Part shown: positions 38,658 through 48,649 of the stretch, piece after piece
How positions within the stretch are numbered: the stretch's first letter is position 1
Layout of the letters: every line of letters begins with the position of its first letter
Source: an uncultured Spirochaetota bacterium
Lineage (GTDB): Bacteria > Spirochaetota > Spirochaetia > SZUA-6 > Fen-1364
Assembly (NCBI GenBank): GCA_963820525.1
Contig: CAWGAA010000001.1
Location: 1,120,001-1,184,000, forward strand
Direction: 5' to 3'
Length of the DNA stretch: 64,000 bases
The notes under the pieces: generated by a model
Databases searched by the model: none
Told to the model about the DNA's origin: nothing
The model's input: the letters and a program-made list of their open reading frames with translations, nothing else
Made by a program: the position numbers and the translations under genes

Positions 38658-38783
38658 AGCAGGTCCACCCGGCGATCTGCCGCCTCTTTTATCGAGAATC
38701 GCTACCGCACTGCCGGCGATAGCCCAGCATGCCCGGCCCCCGTTTTTTCCGTGGTTGATTCCAACCGCCAGGCTCAAAGAGGC

Positions 38784-39347
38784 TTATTGCGCCGTTGTGA
38801 TTGCGCTTCTGTTTCTTTCCCGGTTCTTCTCGATTTCCTTCCAGAAACCGATGGCGACGGGTACGGCGAGCAGCGCGGCCGTTGAAAAAAGGAGATCTAC
38901 GCTGTTTATCGTCCCCGTCTGCGTGTGAGGATACAAGTACCCCGCGTAGCCCACCGCCGCGGCAGCCGCGATTCCTCCCGCCATCGTGATGAGAACGTCC
39001 GTGAATCGGGGGTCTCCGAACCCCGTCGAGTCGAGGATCTCTTTCGACACCCCGGCGACCAAGGCCGCTGAGAGAGCCACCGCGGGAAGATAAAGGGGAT
39101 TCTCCCCCGCGAACTGCGGGTCCGTAACGCTCTGGAAGATTCCCGCGAACGCAAGCCCCGCGGCCATTCCGCCCAGAAAATGAAGGTATTTGCCGGAAGT
39201 TGGAGGAACTTCATCCGGTGAAAGCGCGATGAGCGGACTCGACGCCGTGTCCGCCGGCACGGAGTTGGCGGTGAGCAAAAGCGCGGCGATCAGAAGCGGA
39301 AGGCGCGCCACAGCAAATAGGATACAGCAGATAACGGCCAGCAGCAA
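38784..39347 (-). CDS. Hypothetical membrane protein (YfiM-like)
   Basis: KYLHF...GVSKEILD..G.GDP...D motif, signal peptide and TM helices. Confidence 0.55.
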   Translation of the reverse strand: MLLAVICCILFAVARLPLLIAALLLTANSVPADTASSPLIALSPDEVPPTSGKYLHFLGGMAAGLAFAGIFQSVTDPQFAGENPLYLPAVALSAALVAGVSKEILDSTGFGDPRFTDVLITMAGGIAAAAAVGYAGYLYPHTQTGTINSVDLLFSTAALLAVPVAIGFWKEIEKNRERNRSAITTAQ

Positions 39348-39516
39348 AGGGCGCTTCCGCTCGCCAGGCCCAGGAGGCGGCCTCCTCCCCGCCAGTCCTT
39401 GCGCCGTGGGTGAAGATGCACTACGCTCTAGGCAACAGCGAAGGAGAAGCCGAGGGGATCAATCAGCGGGGAGCCGCTGCGGCGAGAAAAAGCGGCCTCC
39501 GGTGATTGCGAGTTCA

Positions 39517-42500
39517 ATGCGTAGTCCAATCAAACCACATCGAGCGGCCGGGCTTTCGGAAAAGATAGATCCTCCCATCGGCAATCGCCGACACACCATC
39601 GGGTTCCTCTTCGGCGACTTCTACGGAGCCTATACGGCGAATCTGTTCTCCACCGTGATGAAGGCGTGCAGGGAGTACGGCCAGAACATCGTCGGTTTTG
39701 GAGGAGGGTTCCTCAAAAGCCCGGGCGGAGCCGTCCTCGGTGAAAACTGCAATTTCATCTACGATCTGGCGGGCAGGGAGAATATCGACGGATTGATCGT
39801 CGAGGGATCGATTGGCAACTTCATCTCGAAAAAGGAGATGGATCGGTTCCTGCAAAAATACGCGGGCATTCCGATTGTCAACATCGGAACGAACATCGAA
39901 GGGGTCAACAATATCCTCATCGACAACAAGAAGGGTATGCGGGATCTTGTCACCCACATGATCGAATACCATGGGCATAAAAAGCTCGCGTTCATGACCG
40001 GGACGGATGGCAACTGGGATGCAATCCAGCGGTTCGAGGCGTATGAGGAGGTCCTGCGCTGCCACGACATCGCCGTGGATTACAATCGGATCGTCAACGG
40101 GAACTTCAGCTATTTCGGCGGGGGGCAGGCTTTCCAGACCCTGTGGGAGGAAAGAAAGGCCGACTTCGACGCGCTCCTGTGCGCGAACGACTACATGGCG
40201 ATCAGCGCCATGAATGAGATGCGCAAGCGCGGATTGAAAATACCCGAGACCGCGGCCATCACCGGGTTCGACGACACCGAGGAATGCTGGACCACCAAGC
40301 CGATCCTCACCACCGTGAAGCAGCCCTTTTATGACGTCGGCCAGGAAAGCGTCAAGATGCTGCTGGCGCTCTTGGAGGGCAGGAAAGTGCCGGCACAGGT
40401 CACCCTGCCTGCCGAGCTCGTCATCAGGGAATCGTGCGGCTGCAAAGCGGTGGATACATTGAGCCACATCATGGGCAACGGGCTTTCGAAGAAACGCAAA
40501 GCGCGCATCGCCGGAAACGGACGAAAGGGATTCATCGACGAGCTTCGAAAGACGATGGAGGATGAGCTTCCCTCTCTGAAGAACAAGATCGACTTGCAGC
40601 GCTGGCTGAAGGACCTGGTGGATTGCTATTGCGATGTCGCCGCGGGGAAAGACGGCAACCGCCTGTTCGAGAGCTTTGTGGCGATGTTGCGAAGATTCAT
40701 CGACAGCAACGAGGAAATAATAACGATCTATCGGTTCATATCGATTTTCTTCGGCGGCCTGATACGTCGCTTCATCCCCGCAGAAGAGCGGGAAGCCGCG
40801 CTCGTGCTGTGGAACGAAACGGATGTCTTGTTCGGATTGCTGATAAAGGAGGATCTATCCGAAAAGAAGGCCACGTTGAAGCTGGAATCCCACGTTGTGT
40901 TCGACATCAACGAGAGCTTCATCAACACATTCGACATGGAAAAGCTGAAGGAAGTGATCCTTGACAATCTTCCCTCTTTCCAGTTCAAGAGCTTTTTTGC
41001 GTGCCTGTTCGATGATCCGGATCGGGAAACTTCGAGAATCCTCTTATCGTACGATAAGAACCGGTCCGAAAACGTGAGCGAAGGTCCCTTCCCGTCAAAA
41101 TACCTGCTGCCCGGCAAAATAAACAGGAGCAAGCCGTTCGAGTACGTCGTCATGGCGTTGAATTTCAAGGACGAGTACTTCGGCTACATCCTCTACGATA
41201 TCCAGACTCTCGCCACCTTCATCTATGAAACCCTGTCCGTGCAAATCAGCGGCGCCATCAAAGGGGCGCGGCTCACCAACGAGCTCACCGAATACGCGAC
41301 GCAGCTCGAGACCAAGGTGAAGGAGCGGACCGCGAAGCTCGAGGACGCGAACGAAAAGCTGAAGAAGCTCGACGAGCTGAAGAACGACTTCATCGCGAAC
41401 ATCACGCACGATTTCAGATCTCCGCTGACGGCGATCCTCAACATCGCCGATCTTGCCCTGCGGTTCAACGAAAACCTGGATGAGGAGAGCCGGGAAAGCT
41501 ACAGCGTAATCTACAAGGCCTCGCTGAGGTTGAAGAGCTCCATCGACAAGCTCCTGGAGCTCGCGAAAATGGACGCCCACGGGATCAAGCTGAAGGTGAG
41601 GCCCGTAGAGCTTGCGGCCTTCATGAACAAGATGCTGGATTTCTATTCCTCCTCCGTCATCGGCAGCGAGATACGGATCGTGCGGAAGCTGCCGGAAAAG
41701 GAGATCGCGAACTTCTATACCGATGCGGAGAAACTGCAGGAAATAATCGACAATATAATCTCCAACGCGATCAAGTTCGTGAACCCGACCGGAGGGCTCA
41801 TCACGTTCGAACTGGAGGAGGAGAAAGACGTCGTCTTGATCAGCGTATCCGACAATGGCATCGGGATAAACAAAAAGAAGCTGGAAACGATATTCAACAG
41901 GTTCGAGCAGGCCCACGACGGGAGAAACAGCCCCTATCGAGGAACGGGAATCGGACTGGCATTCTCGAAGCAGCTTGTCGGCTATCTCAAGGGGAGGATA
42001 TGGGCGGAGTCCGAAGGGGAAGGGAAGGGCGCGAAATTCACCGTTGAGCTTGAAAAGGGAAAACACATCTTCGACGAGAAGGACTTCAGCGACGAGGAGA
42101 TGGGGCAGGGAAAGCGTGAAGAAGCCAAGGCATTGATAGAAACCGACATCGGAATGAAATTGAGCGAAGAGAAAGTCGTGACCTATTTCACGGACCCGAA
42201 GAAAGAGAACGAAACGGACTACAAGAAAGGCATAATCCTGATCATCGATGACGACAGAAACGTCAGGGAAATAGTCCTGAAGTATCTGAAAAGCAACGGC
42301 TACATGAATTTCATCGCAGCCTCGGATGGGAAGCTGGGGCTCGAAGCCGTGTTCGCGCATTCCCCCGACATCATTCTCTGCGACTATAACATGCCGAACA
42401 TGAAGGGAGACGAGTTTCATAACGAGCTCGCGGATAACCCGAAGTACAAAGAGATCCCGTTCGTCTTCCTGTCTGCCATCGCGGACGAGAACCTGATCAT

Positions 42501-43305
42501 GGAGAGAAGGCAGAAGGGTGCGCGGGCGTATTTGAAGAAACCGATAGACGAGAAGGTGCTTTTGATCACGGTCGAGGAAAATATCAAAAAGTATTTCGAG
42601 TATCAGAGAATATCCCGGCTCGCGACGATAGACGAGCTCACGGGCTTGAACAACAGGAAAGCGGTCATTTCCGCCCTGAAGCACGAATTGGCGATACGGC
42701 GGTACAGGGATCTGTCGCTTCTCTTCTTCGACCTCGATGATTTCCGGCGGACCAATGAGGAACACGGCCACGCCGTCGGCGACAAGCTGCTTTCCGCGAT
42801 CGGCGCGACGATACGGGGCGCGATAAGGAACTACGATATCGGAGGAAGATACGGGGGGGACGAGTTTGTCGTGATATTGCCGGATACCGGCTTGAGACAG
42901 GCAGCGTACGTCGCGGAGGTTCTGCGGAAGAAGATCGCGAACACCGCAATCAAGCAGGCTGAAAGCGATGTCTCTCTCAGCGCGAGCTTCGGCGTTGCAT
43001 CGCTTCGAGACAACGCGAAGTATATTGCAAAGACTTTGAGGGTCGAAAGCATCCAGGGTATCTACGAGACCAATGGCTTCGCGGAAACTGATTGGGATAA
43101 AATAGAAGACTCGAAGATGCAGATTTCAGAACTACTGGTGAAAATGGCGGACGCGGCCCTCGCCAGAGCCAAGCACGCCGCGTGCGCGCAATGCGGCTTC
43201 ACCTCTGAAAAACCGGAGCCTTTTCAAAACGACAGATGCCCCGCATGCGGCAGTGACCGTCTGATGCGCGGCGGAAACAGGGTAGTCGCCTTCGAGACGG
43301 AGTGA
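39517..43305 (+). CDS. Hybrid signalling protein: LacI-type ligand-binding domain - histidine kinase - receiver - GGDEF
   Basis: ITGFDD..LTTVKQP..LVIRESCG; THDFRSPL H-box, NAIKF, GTGIGL; IIDDD/CDYNMP; RxxD + GGDEF. Confidence 0.92.
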   Translation: MRSPIKPHRAAGLSEKIDPPIGNRRHTIGFLFGDFYGAYTANLFSTVMKACREYGQNIVGFGGGFLKSPGGAVLGENCNFIYDLAGRENIDGLIVEGSIGNFISKKEMDRFLQKYAGIPIVNIGTNIEGVNNILIDNKKGMRDLVTHMIEYHGHKKLAFMTGTDGNWDAIQRFEAYEEVLRCHDIAVDYNRIVNGNFSYFGGGQAFQTLWEERKADFDALLCANDYMAISAMNEMRKRGLKIPETAAITGFDDTEECWTTKPILTTVKQPFYDVGQESVKMLLALLEGRKVPAQVTLPAELVIRESCGCKAVDTLSHIMGNGLSKKRKARIAGNGRKGFIDELRKTMEDELPSLKNKIDLQRWLKDLVDCYCDVAAGKDGNRLFESFVAMLRRFIDSNEEIITIYRFISIFFGGLIRRFIPAEEREAALVLWNETDVLFGLLIKEDLSEKKATLKLESHVVFDINESFINTFDMEKLKEVILDNLPSFQFKSFFACLFDDPDRETSRILLSYDKNRSENVSEGPFPSKYLLPGKINRSKPFEYVVMALNFKDEYFGYILYDIQTLATFIYETLSVQISGAIKGARLTNELTEYATQLETKVKERTAKLEDANEKLKKLDELKNDFIANITHDFRSPLTAILNIADLALRFNENLDEESRESYSVIYKASLRLKSSIDKLLELAKMDAHGIKLKVRPVELAAFMNKMLDFYSSSVIGSEIRIVRKLPEKEIANFYTDAEKLQEIIDNIISNAIKFVNPTGGLITFELEEEKDVVLISVSDNGIGINKKKLETIFNRFEQAHDGRNSPYRGTGIGLAFSKQLVGYLKGRIWAESEGEGKGAKFTVELEKGKHIFDEKDFSDEEMGQGKREEAKALIETDIGMKLSEEKVVTYFTDPKKENETDYKKGIILIIDDDRNVREIVLKYLKSNGYMNFIAASDGKLGLEAVFAHSPDIILCDYNMPNMKGDEFHNELADNPKYKEIPFVFLSAIADENLIMERRQKGARAYLKKPIDEKVLLITVEENIKKYFEYQRISRLATIDELTGLNNRKAVISALKHELAIRRYRDLSLLFFDLDDFRRTNEEHGHAVGDKLLSAIGATIRGAIRNYDIGGRYGGDEFVVILPDTGLRQAAYVAEVLRKKIANTAIKQAESDVSLSASFGVASLRDNAKYIAKTLRVESIQGIYETNGFAETDWDKIEDSKMQISELLVKMADAALARAKHAACAQCGFTSEKPEPFQNDRCPACGSDRLMRGGNRVVAFETE

Positions 43306-43986
43306 TCAGGTTTTCCCATCCGCCGCATGCTTGTGCGTCACGTATCTGATCGGGAAATACATGAGGTTCAAGAGCGTTCCCATGAGAAGCGTAAAAGCGA
43401 ATATCCTGAGGTTGTTCCCCGGATCCGCGAAACGATCGTATATGTCACTCATCAATCTGGCCGGATTCCCCAGGAGATCCCAGCTGTTCCATCGCAGGAA
43501 CCTGCCGATATAGATGCCGAAAGCCGCCAGGAAGATCATGCCTGCCGAAAGGACGGCCACGATCTTCGCGCCCGCGCGGAATCTTTCCTTGAGGAAATAT
43601 TCGATGTCCATGAGGCTGATGAAGCCGTAGCAGAGACCCGCCCAGGCAAACGAAAGCACGATGATCAGATCAAGCCATATCGGCGCGTCTTCGATCTGCC
43701 GCAGGTGAATGAGATCGGTCAAGATGTAGAGGGAATTGGGAAAAAAGATGAGCCAAACGGCCATGATCAAGAGGAGGGCGATCCGGTTTTTCATCTTTCT
43801 GAGAATCGCAATGCTCGTGAGCAGCCAGGGCAGAAAAGCAAGAATGAGATTCCAGTTGAGAAAGAGGTATCCAAAAGTTGCCGTGAGGAAGACCCTGAAC
43901 ACGGAAAGCATGACGCAGAAAGCCGAGTCGACGACAAGGAATGCAGTCAGTCTCAACCGGCCGCTTTCTCTCAATCCATCTAGCAT
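43306..43986 (-). CDS. DUF1361 family membrane protein
   Basis: WNLILAFLP, WLIFFPNSLYILTDLIHL, GIYIGRFLRWNSWD. Confidence 0.85.
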   Translation of the reverse strand: MLDGLRESGRLRLTAFLVVDSAFCVMLSVFRVFLTATFGYLFLNWNLILAFLPWLLTSIAILRKMKNRIALLLIMAVWLIFFPNSLYILTDLIHLRQIEDAPIWLDLIIVLSFAWAGLCYGFISLMDIEYFLKERFRAGAKIVAVLSAGMIFLAAFGIYIGRFLRWNSWDLLGNPARLMSDIYDRFADPGNNLRIFAFTLLMGTLLNLMYFPIRYVTHKHAADGKT

Positions 43987-44000
43987 GAGACACTCCCACG

Positions 44001-44570
44001 TCAGGTGTCGCGCGCGAGGGTCCGGCGTGCTGCTTCCACGATTTTTCTCACGCGCCGCGCCGCGGAACGCGCCACTGCCCGGAATATCGAGCGGGCCAGG
44101 AGCCAGCTCAGGGCGAAGAAGCCGATGGGAACGAGCGTCATGAACAGCGGGGAACCCAGCACGCCGAGCCCGACGCCCAGTCCCACTCCAAGGCCGGCGC
44201 CGAGCCCAAGGCCGCCGAGCAGCCCTCCGAAGAGCCCCGCGGCCGCGCCCCGGACGCGCATCTTGGCCCGAATCCTCACCCTTCCCCTTTCGGCGGGCTT
44301 CACGGAGACACGAAGCATTCCCAGGGCCGAGCGCCACTGGAGGGCGTTCGCCGCCACCTCCCCTCCCCCATTGAACTCCGCCGCGTCGGCAATCACGGGA
44401 AGGAGATCCGCCAACGACGTGCCGGCGCCCGGCGCCGGGGCCTCGGTCTCTTCCGATTGAACGGGCAATGCGCCCGCGAGCCCCTCCGGGCCGCCACGAT
44501 GCTGGATCTCGAGCGCCCGCTTGATGATGGCCGCGGTCTCCTTCTCTGAAAAAAGCGAATTGTCGGACAT
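44001..44570 (-). CDS. Hypothetical membrane protein with Gly-rich TM segment
   Basis: FSEKETAAIIKRALEIQ N-terminus, GGLGLGAGLGVGLG; TTGACA-N17-CAAAAT upstream. Confidence 0.6.
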   Translation of the reverse strand: MSDNSLFSEKETAAIIKRALEIQHRGGPEGLAGALPVQSEETEAPAPGAGTSLADLLPVIADAAEFNGGGEVAANALQWRSALGMLRVSVKPAERGRVRIRAKMRVRGAAAGLFGGLLGGLGLGAGLGVGLGVGLGVLGSPLFMTLVPIGFFALSWLLARSIFRAVARSAARRVRKIVEAARRTLARDT

Positions 44571-44689
44571 TTCATGATAATTTTGCCTAGGCACAGTTCC
44601 GCTGTCAAGCGATTGCTCTGGTTGAGTTCTGCCCGGTTTTGCCATACAATCACGAATCGCGCGCAACCCATGAGGCAGGGGAAAAGCTG

Positions 44690-47600
44690 ATGAATGATCG
44701 GGAAGTGTCGCATCCGGCCGGCCGGTTTCGGGCAATATCCGCGGGAGCCGGCGTCTGCGTATTCGGCATCGGCTGCCTTGTGCTGTCGGGCTGGGTATTC
44801 GATATCGAAATCTTGAAAAGCCTGATTCCCGGCATGATAACGATGAAGGTGAATACCGCCGCTGCGTTCGTGCTGGCCGGCATCTCTCTATGGCTCCTTC
44901 GGGGGAAGCTCTCACGCCTTCGTGCCGGCCATTGGGTCGCGTGGGGGTGCGCCTTTGTAGTCGCCGCGGTCGGAGTGCTTTCGCTTGCGGAGTACGCGTT
45001 CGGCTCGAGCCTGGGTATCGACCAATTGCTGCTGCCGGAGCCCTCAGGGACGGCGAAGACGATCTATCCCGGCAGAATGGCGCCCAATACCGCGTTCAAC
45101 TTCCTGCTGATGGGCCTTTCGCTTCTGCTCCTGGAGGCGCGCGCCCGACGCGGCCGCCGTACGGCCGGGTATCTGATCGGCCTCGGCGGGATGGTCGCCT
45201 TTGCGGGGCTCGTGGGCTACATCTGCGGCGCCTCCGGGCTCTACGCGCTGAGCGCCGCGGCCAATGCCATGTCCCTTCCGGCGGCCCTCGCGGGTGTGTG
45301 CGCGTTCGCCGGGCTCTGGCTCGCCCTTCCGGAACATGGCCTTTTGGAGCTCATGGTCGGCAGGCGCGCCGGCGACGCCATGGTTCGAAGGCTCGTGCTT
45401 CCCCTCATTCTGGTCCCGATTCTCCTGGACGTGCTCCTGGAGGCGGGCCGCCGCACGGGCGTTCTTGCCGAGGGCATGGTCCCCGGCGTCCACCTCGTGC
45501 TTCAAACCGCGATCTTTCTTCTGCTCCTCCGGATAGCCGCCGTGTCCTTGAACCGGTCGGACTCCCGACGTCTCAAAGCCGAGGAGCACATCAGCGCCCA
45601 GCGGGAATGGCAGCGCGTGACGCTGGGAAGCATCGGTGACGGCGTGATCGCCACGGGGATCGACGGGCGGATCACATTCATGAATCCCGTCGCTGCGTCG
45701 CTCACGGGATGGCCAGCGGACGAAGCCCTCGGAAAGCCTTTTGCTCAGGTATTCAGGATTGTCAATGAGCAGACCCGCCAGGCGGGAGACGACATCGTGT
45801 CTCGAGTCCTTCAGGAGAGGCGCGTTGTAGCCATAGCCAACGCCACCTCGCTTACCGCGCGGGACGGACGGGAGATCCCCATCGAGGACAGCGCCGCTCC
45901 CATCACTGACGATTCGGGTGAAGTCACGGGCGCGGTGCTCGTGTTCCATGATGTTGCGGAGAGACGGCGCGCCCAGGAGGCCTTGCGCAAGAACGAAGCG
46001 GCCCTTCGAGGAATCCTCGATGCGACGCAGGAATCCATCTGGGTGTTCGCGGCGGACGGCACGGTGCTCATGGCCAATTCGATAGCCATGAAACGCATCG
46101 GAAAGACGCCGCGAGAGATCATCGGTGCGCCCATGAACCGGCTGGTGTCCGAGGAGCTGGCCGAAGCCCGCATGGTACGCCTGAGTCAGGTGGTGAGCTC
46201 CGGGCAGCCCGTGGATTTCGAAGACAAGCGGAGCGGCATGACGTTCCACCACAGCTTCTATCCTGTCTTCAATGACCAGGGCCGCGTCGACAGCGTCGTG
46301 AGCTTCAGCCGGGACATCACGGGCCAGAAACAGGCGGAGGAAGCGCTCCGCCAGGCGCGCGACCAGCTGGAATTGCGCGTCATGGAACGGACCAACGAGC
46401 TTCGCGCCGAAATAGCGGAGCGCAAGAGGATCGAGCTCGCGGTGCAGACCGAGCGCAAGCGGATGTACGACGTGATGGAAACCCTGCCGGTCTACGTCAT
46501 ATTGCTCTCCGAGGATTACCGTGTGCCGTACGCCAACCGGTTCTTCCGGGAGCGGTTCGGAGATTCAGGCGGAAAGCGCTGCTACGAATACCTGTTCGGC
46601 CGAGACGCGCCCTGTGAAAACTGCCATACCTACAAGGTCCTCGAGACGAACGCTCCCCTGGAGTGGGAGTGGACAGGCCCTGACAGCCGCAACTACTCCA
46701 TCCACGACTTCCCGTTCATCGACACGGACGGCTCCCGCCTCATTCTCGAGGTGGGCATAGACGTTACGGAAGAGAAGCGGCTGCGCGCGGGGCTTGAGAG
46801 ACAGACCGGGCAGCTTCGAATGCTTGCAAGCGAGCTCACCCTGGCCGAGCAGCGCGAGCGGCGGCGGCTGGCGCAGGTCCTGCACGACCACCTGCAGCAG
46901 CTGCTCGTGGGGGCGAAGATGAGGATGTCCATCATGCGCCGCGACGCAAGCGGGGGAAAGGGCAAGGTAGCCGACGAGATCGAGCAGCTCATCGGGCAGT
47001 CGATCGACGCGGCGCGCACGCTCACGGCCGAGCTCAGCCCGCCGATACTGCACGATGGCGGGCTCGGGCCCGGGCTGAAATGGCTGGGGCGATGGATGAA
47101 GGAGAAGTACAACCTCGACGTCACGTTCGCGATCGCCGAGGACGTGCCCGCCTTGCCCGAGGATATCACGGCGTTTCTCTTCCAGTCCGTGAAGGAGCTT
47201 CTCTTCAATACGGCAAAGCACGCGAAGATTCTGAGCGCGAGGGTCAATGTAGCGGCTTCCCAAGACCACATTCGGATCGTCGTTTCGGACGATGGGGCGG
47301 GATTCGATCAGTCGCAGCTCACCCTCCACGGAGGGCAGGCGGGAGGGTTCGGCCTGTTCGGCATCAGCGAGCGGCTGGGAATAATGGGCGGCAGCATGAA
47401 CATCGAGACGGCTCCCGGCGGCGGGACGAGCATCACCCTGATCTCTCCCCTGTCGAAAGCGGCGTCGAGACCCGAGCCCGCTGTCCACGAAAAGGTGGAA
47501 GTTCACGCGTCGAGCCATCCGGCGCGCGTCGTCGAGGAGAAAAGGGGGGCCGAAGGGAAAATACGGGTGCTGCTGGTGGACGATCACCTGATCCTGCGGC

Positions 47601-47935
47601 AGGGGCTGAGCAGGCTCCTGAAAAGCGAAGCGGATCTGGAGATCGTCGGAGAGGCGGCTGATGGAGAGACGTCGATCGAGATGGTGCGCCTGCTCACGCC
47701 CGATGTGGTCCTGATGGACATCAACATGGCCGGCATGAACGGGGTGGAGGCGACGCGGCTCATCCTCGCGGAGTTCCCGAAGACAATCGTCATAGGCCTT
47801 TCAATGTTCGAGGAGCAGGAGCGGGCGGCTGAAATGCGGGCGGCCGGAGCCTCAGATTACGTCACGAAGAGCGGCAAGCCGGAATCTCTTATCGCGGCCA
47901 TCCGCACCTGTTGGAAGAAACGCTTGAGTGGGTAG
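44690..47935 (+). CDS. Membrane PAS hybrid histidine kinase (HisKA_3/NarX-like) with C-terminal receiver
   Basis: Multiple TM helices, three PAS domains, ERRRLAQVLHDHLQQ H-box, DDGAGF, GGFGL, LVDDH..DINM. Confidence 0.9.
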   Translation: MNDREVSHPAGRFRAISAGAGVCVFGIGCLVLSGWVFDIEILKSLIPGMITMKVNTAAAFVLAGISLWLLRGKLSRLRAGHWVAWGCAFVVAAVGVLSLAEYAFGSSLGIDQLLLPEPSGTAKTIYPGRMAPNTAFNFLLMGLSLLLLEARARRGRRTAGYLIGLGGMVAFAGLVGYICGASGLYALSAAANAMSLPAALAGVCAFAGLWLALPEHGLLELMVGRRAGDAMVRRLVLPLILVPILLDVLLEAGRRTGVLAEGMVPGVHLVLQTAIFLLLLRIAAVSLNRSDSRRLKAEEHISAQREWQRVTLGSIGDGVIATGIDGRITFMNPVAASLTGWPADEALGKPFAQVFRIVNEQTRQAGDDIVSRVLQERRVVAIANATSLTARDGREIPIEDSAAPITDDSGEVTGAVLVFHDVAERRRAQEALRKNEAALRGILDATQESIWVFAADGTVLMANSIAMKRIGKTPREIIGAPMNRLVSEELAEARMVRLSQVVSSGQPVDFEDKRSGMTFHHSFYPVFNDQGRVDSVVSFSRDITGQKQAEEALRQARDQLELRVMERTNELRAEIAERKRIELAVQTERKRMYDVMETLPVYVILLSEDYRVPYANRFFRERFGDSGGKRCYEYLFGRDAPCENCHTYKVLETNAPLEWEWTGPDSRNYSIHDFPFIDTDGSRLILEVGIDVTEEKRLRAGLERQTGQLRMLASELTLAEQRERRRLAQVLHDHLQQLLVGAKMRMSIMRRDASGGKGKVADEIEQLIGQSIDAARTLTAELSPPILHDGGLGPGLKWLGRWMKEKYNLDVTFAIAEDVPALPEDITAFLFQSVKELLFNTAKHAKILSARVNVAASQDHIRIVVSDDGAGFDQSQLTLHGGQAGGFGLFGISERLGIMGGSMNIETAPGGGTSITLISPLSKAASRPEPAVHEKVEVHASSHPARVVEEKRGAEGKIRVLLVDDHLILRQGLSRLLKSEADLEIVGEAADGETSIEMVRLLTPDVVLMDINMAGMNGVEATRLILAEFPKTIVIGLSMFEEQERAAEMRAAGASDYVTKSGKPESLIAAIRTCWKKRLSG

Positions 47936-48004
47936 ATATTCCCTGATTGCGGTGTTCAGGTTTATTATCCCTTCAAACAGCATTGAGCTAAAAAGGAGGA
48001 GAAG

Positions 48005-48640
48005 ATGTCCGACAAGCCGTCCCGAGTTTCCTTTCCGGTAACCCTCTCGATTGACTATCCCGATCGCAAACTGAACAGGCTCACATCCTTCTTTCGTCCC
48101 TTCGTGGCGATCCCGATCGCAATCATCCTCGTTCTCATCAGCGGTCCCATCGGAAGTTGGAAGGATCACGTCGTGCAGACCGTCTATGGCGCAGGCGGCA
48201 TCCTGTTCGTTCCCACCGTGCTGATGCTCCTGTTCCGCTGGAAATACCCCCGCTGGTGGTTCGACTGGAACGTGAACCTCACACGGTTCGGGCTGCGGGT
48301 GGGCTCTTACTTCCTGCTCCTCACGGATACCTATCCATCCACCGATGATGAGCAATCCGTGCACGCCAGCTTCCCCTACCCCGACCCCGCGAAGGACCTC
48401 AAGGTCGGGCTGCCGCTGGTGAAGTGGTTCCTGGCCATTCCCCATTACTTCGTCCTTTTCTTCCTCGCGATCGCGGCGTTCGTGGTCGTCTTTATCGCGT
48501 GGTTCGCGATTCTCTTCACGGGCAGGTATCCGAAATCCCTGTTCACGTTCGTCGTGGGGGTGATGCGCTGGGGCATGAGGGTAAGCGCGTACGCTTTCCT
48601 CCTCGTGACCGACGTCTACCCGCCTTTCTCTCTGGGCTGA
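48005..48640 (+). CDS. DUF4389 domain membrane protein
   Basis: Two repeats: LF..KYPRWWFD..RV..Y..LLTD.YP and LFTGRYP..LF..RV.AY..L.TDVYPPF. Confidence 0.85.
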   Translation: MSDKPSRVSFPVTLSIDYPDRKLNRLTSFFRPFVAIPIAIILVLISGPIGSWKDHVVQTVYGAGGILFVPTVLMLLFRWKYPRWWFDWNVNLTRFGLRVGSYFLLLTDTYPSTDDEQSVHASFPYPDPAKDLKVGLPLVKWFLAIPHYFVLFFLAIAAFVVVFIAWFAILFTGRYPKSLFTFVVGVMRWGMRVSAYAFLLVTDVYPPFSLG

Positions 48641-48649
48641 CGGCACGAC

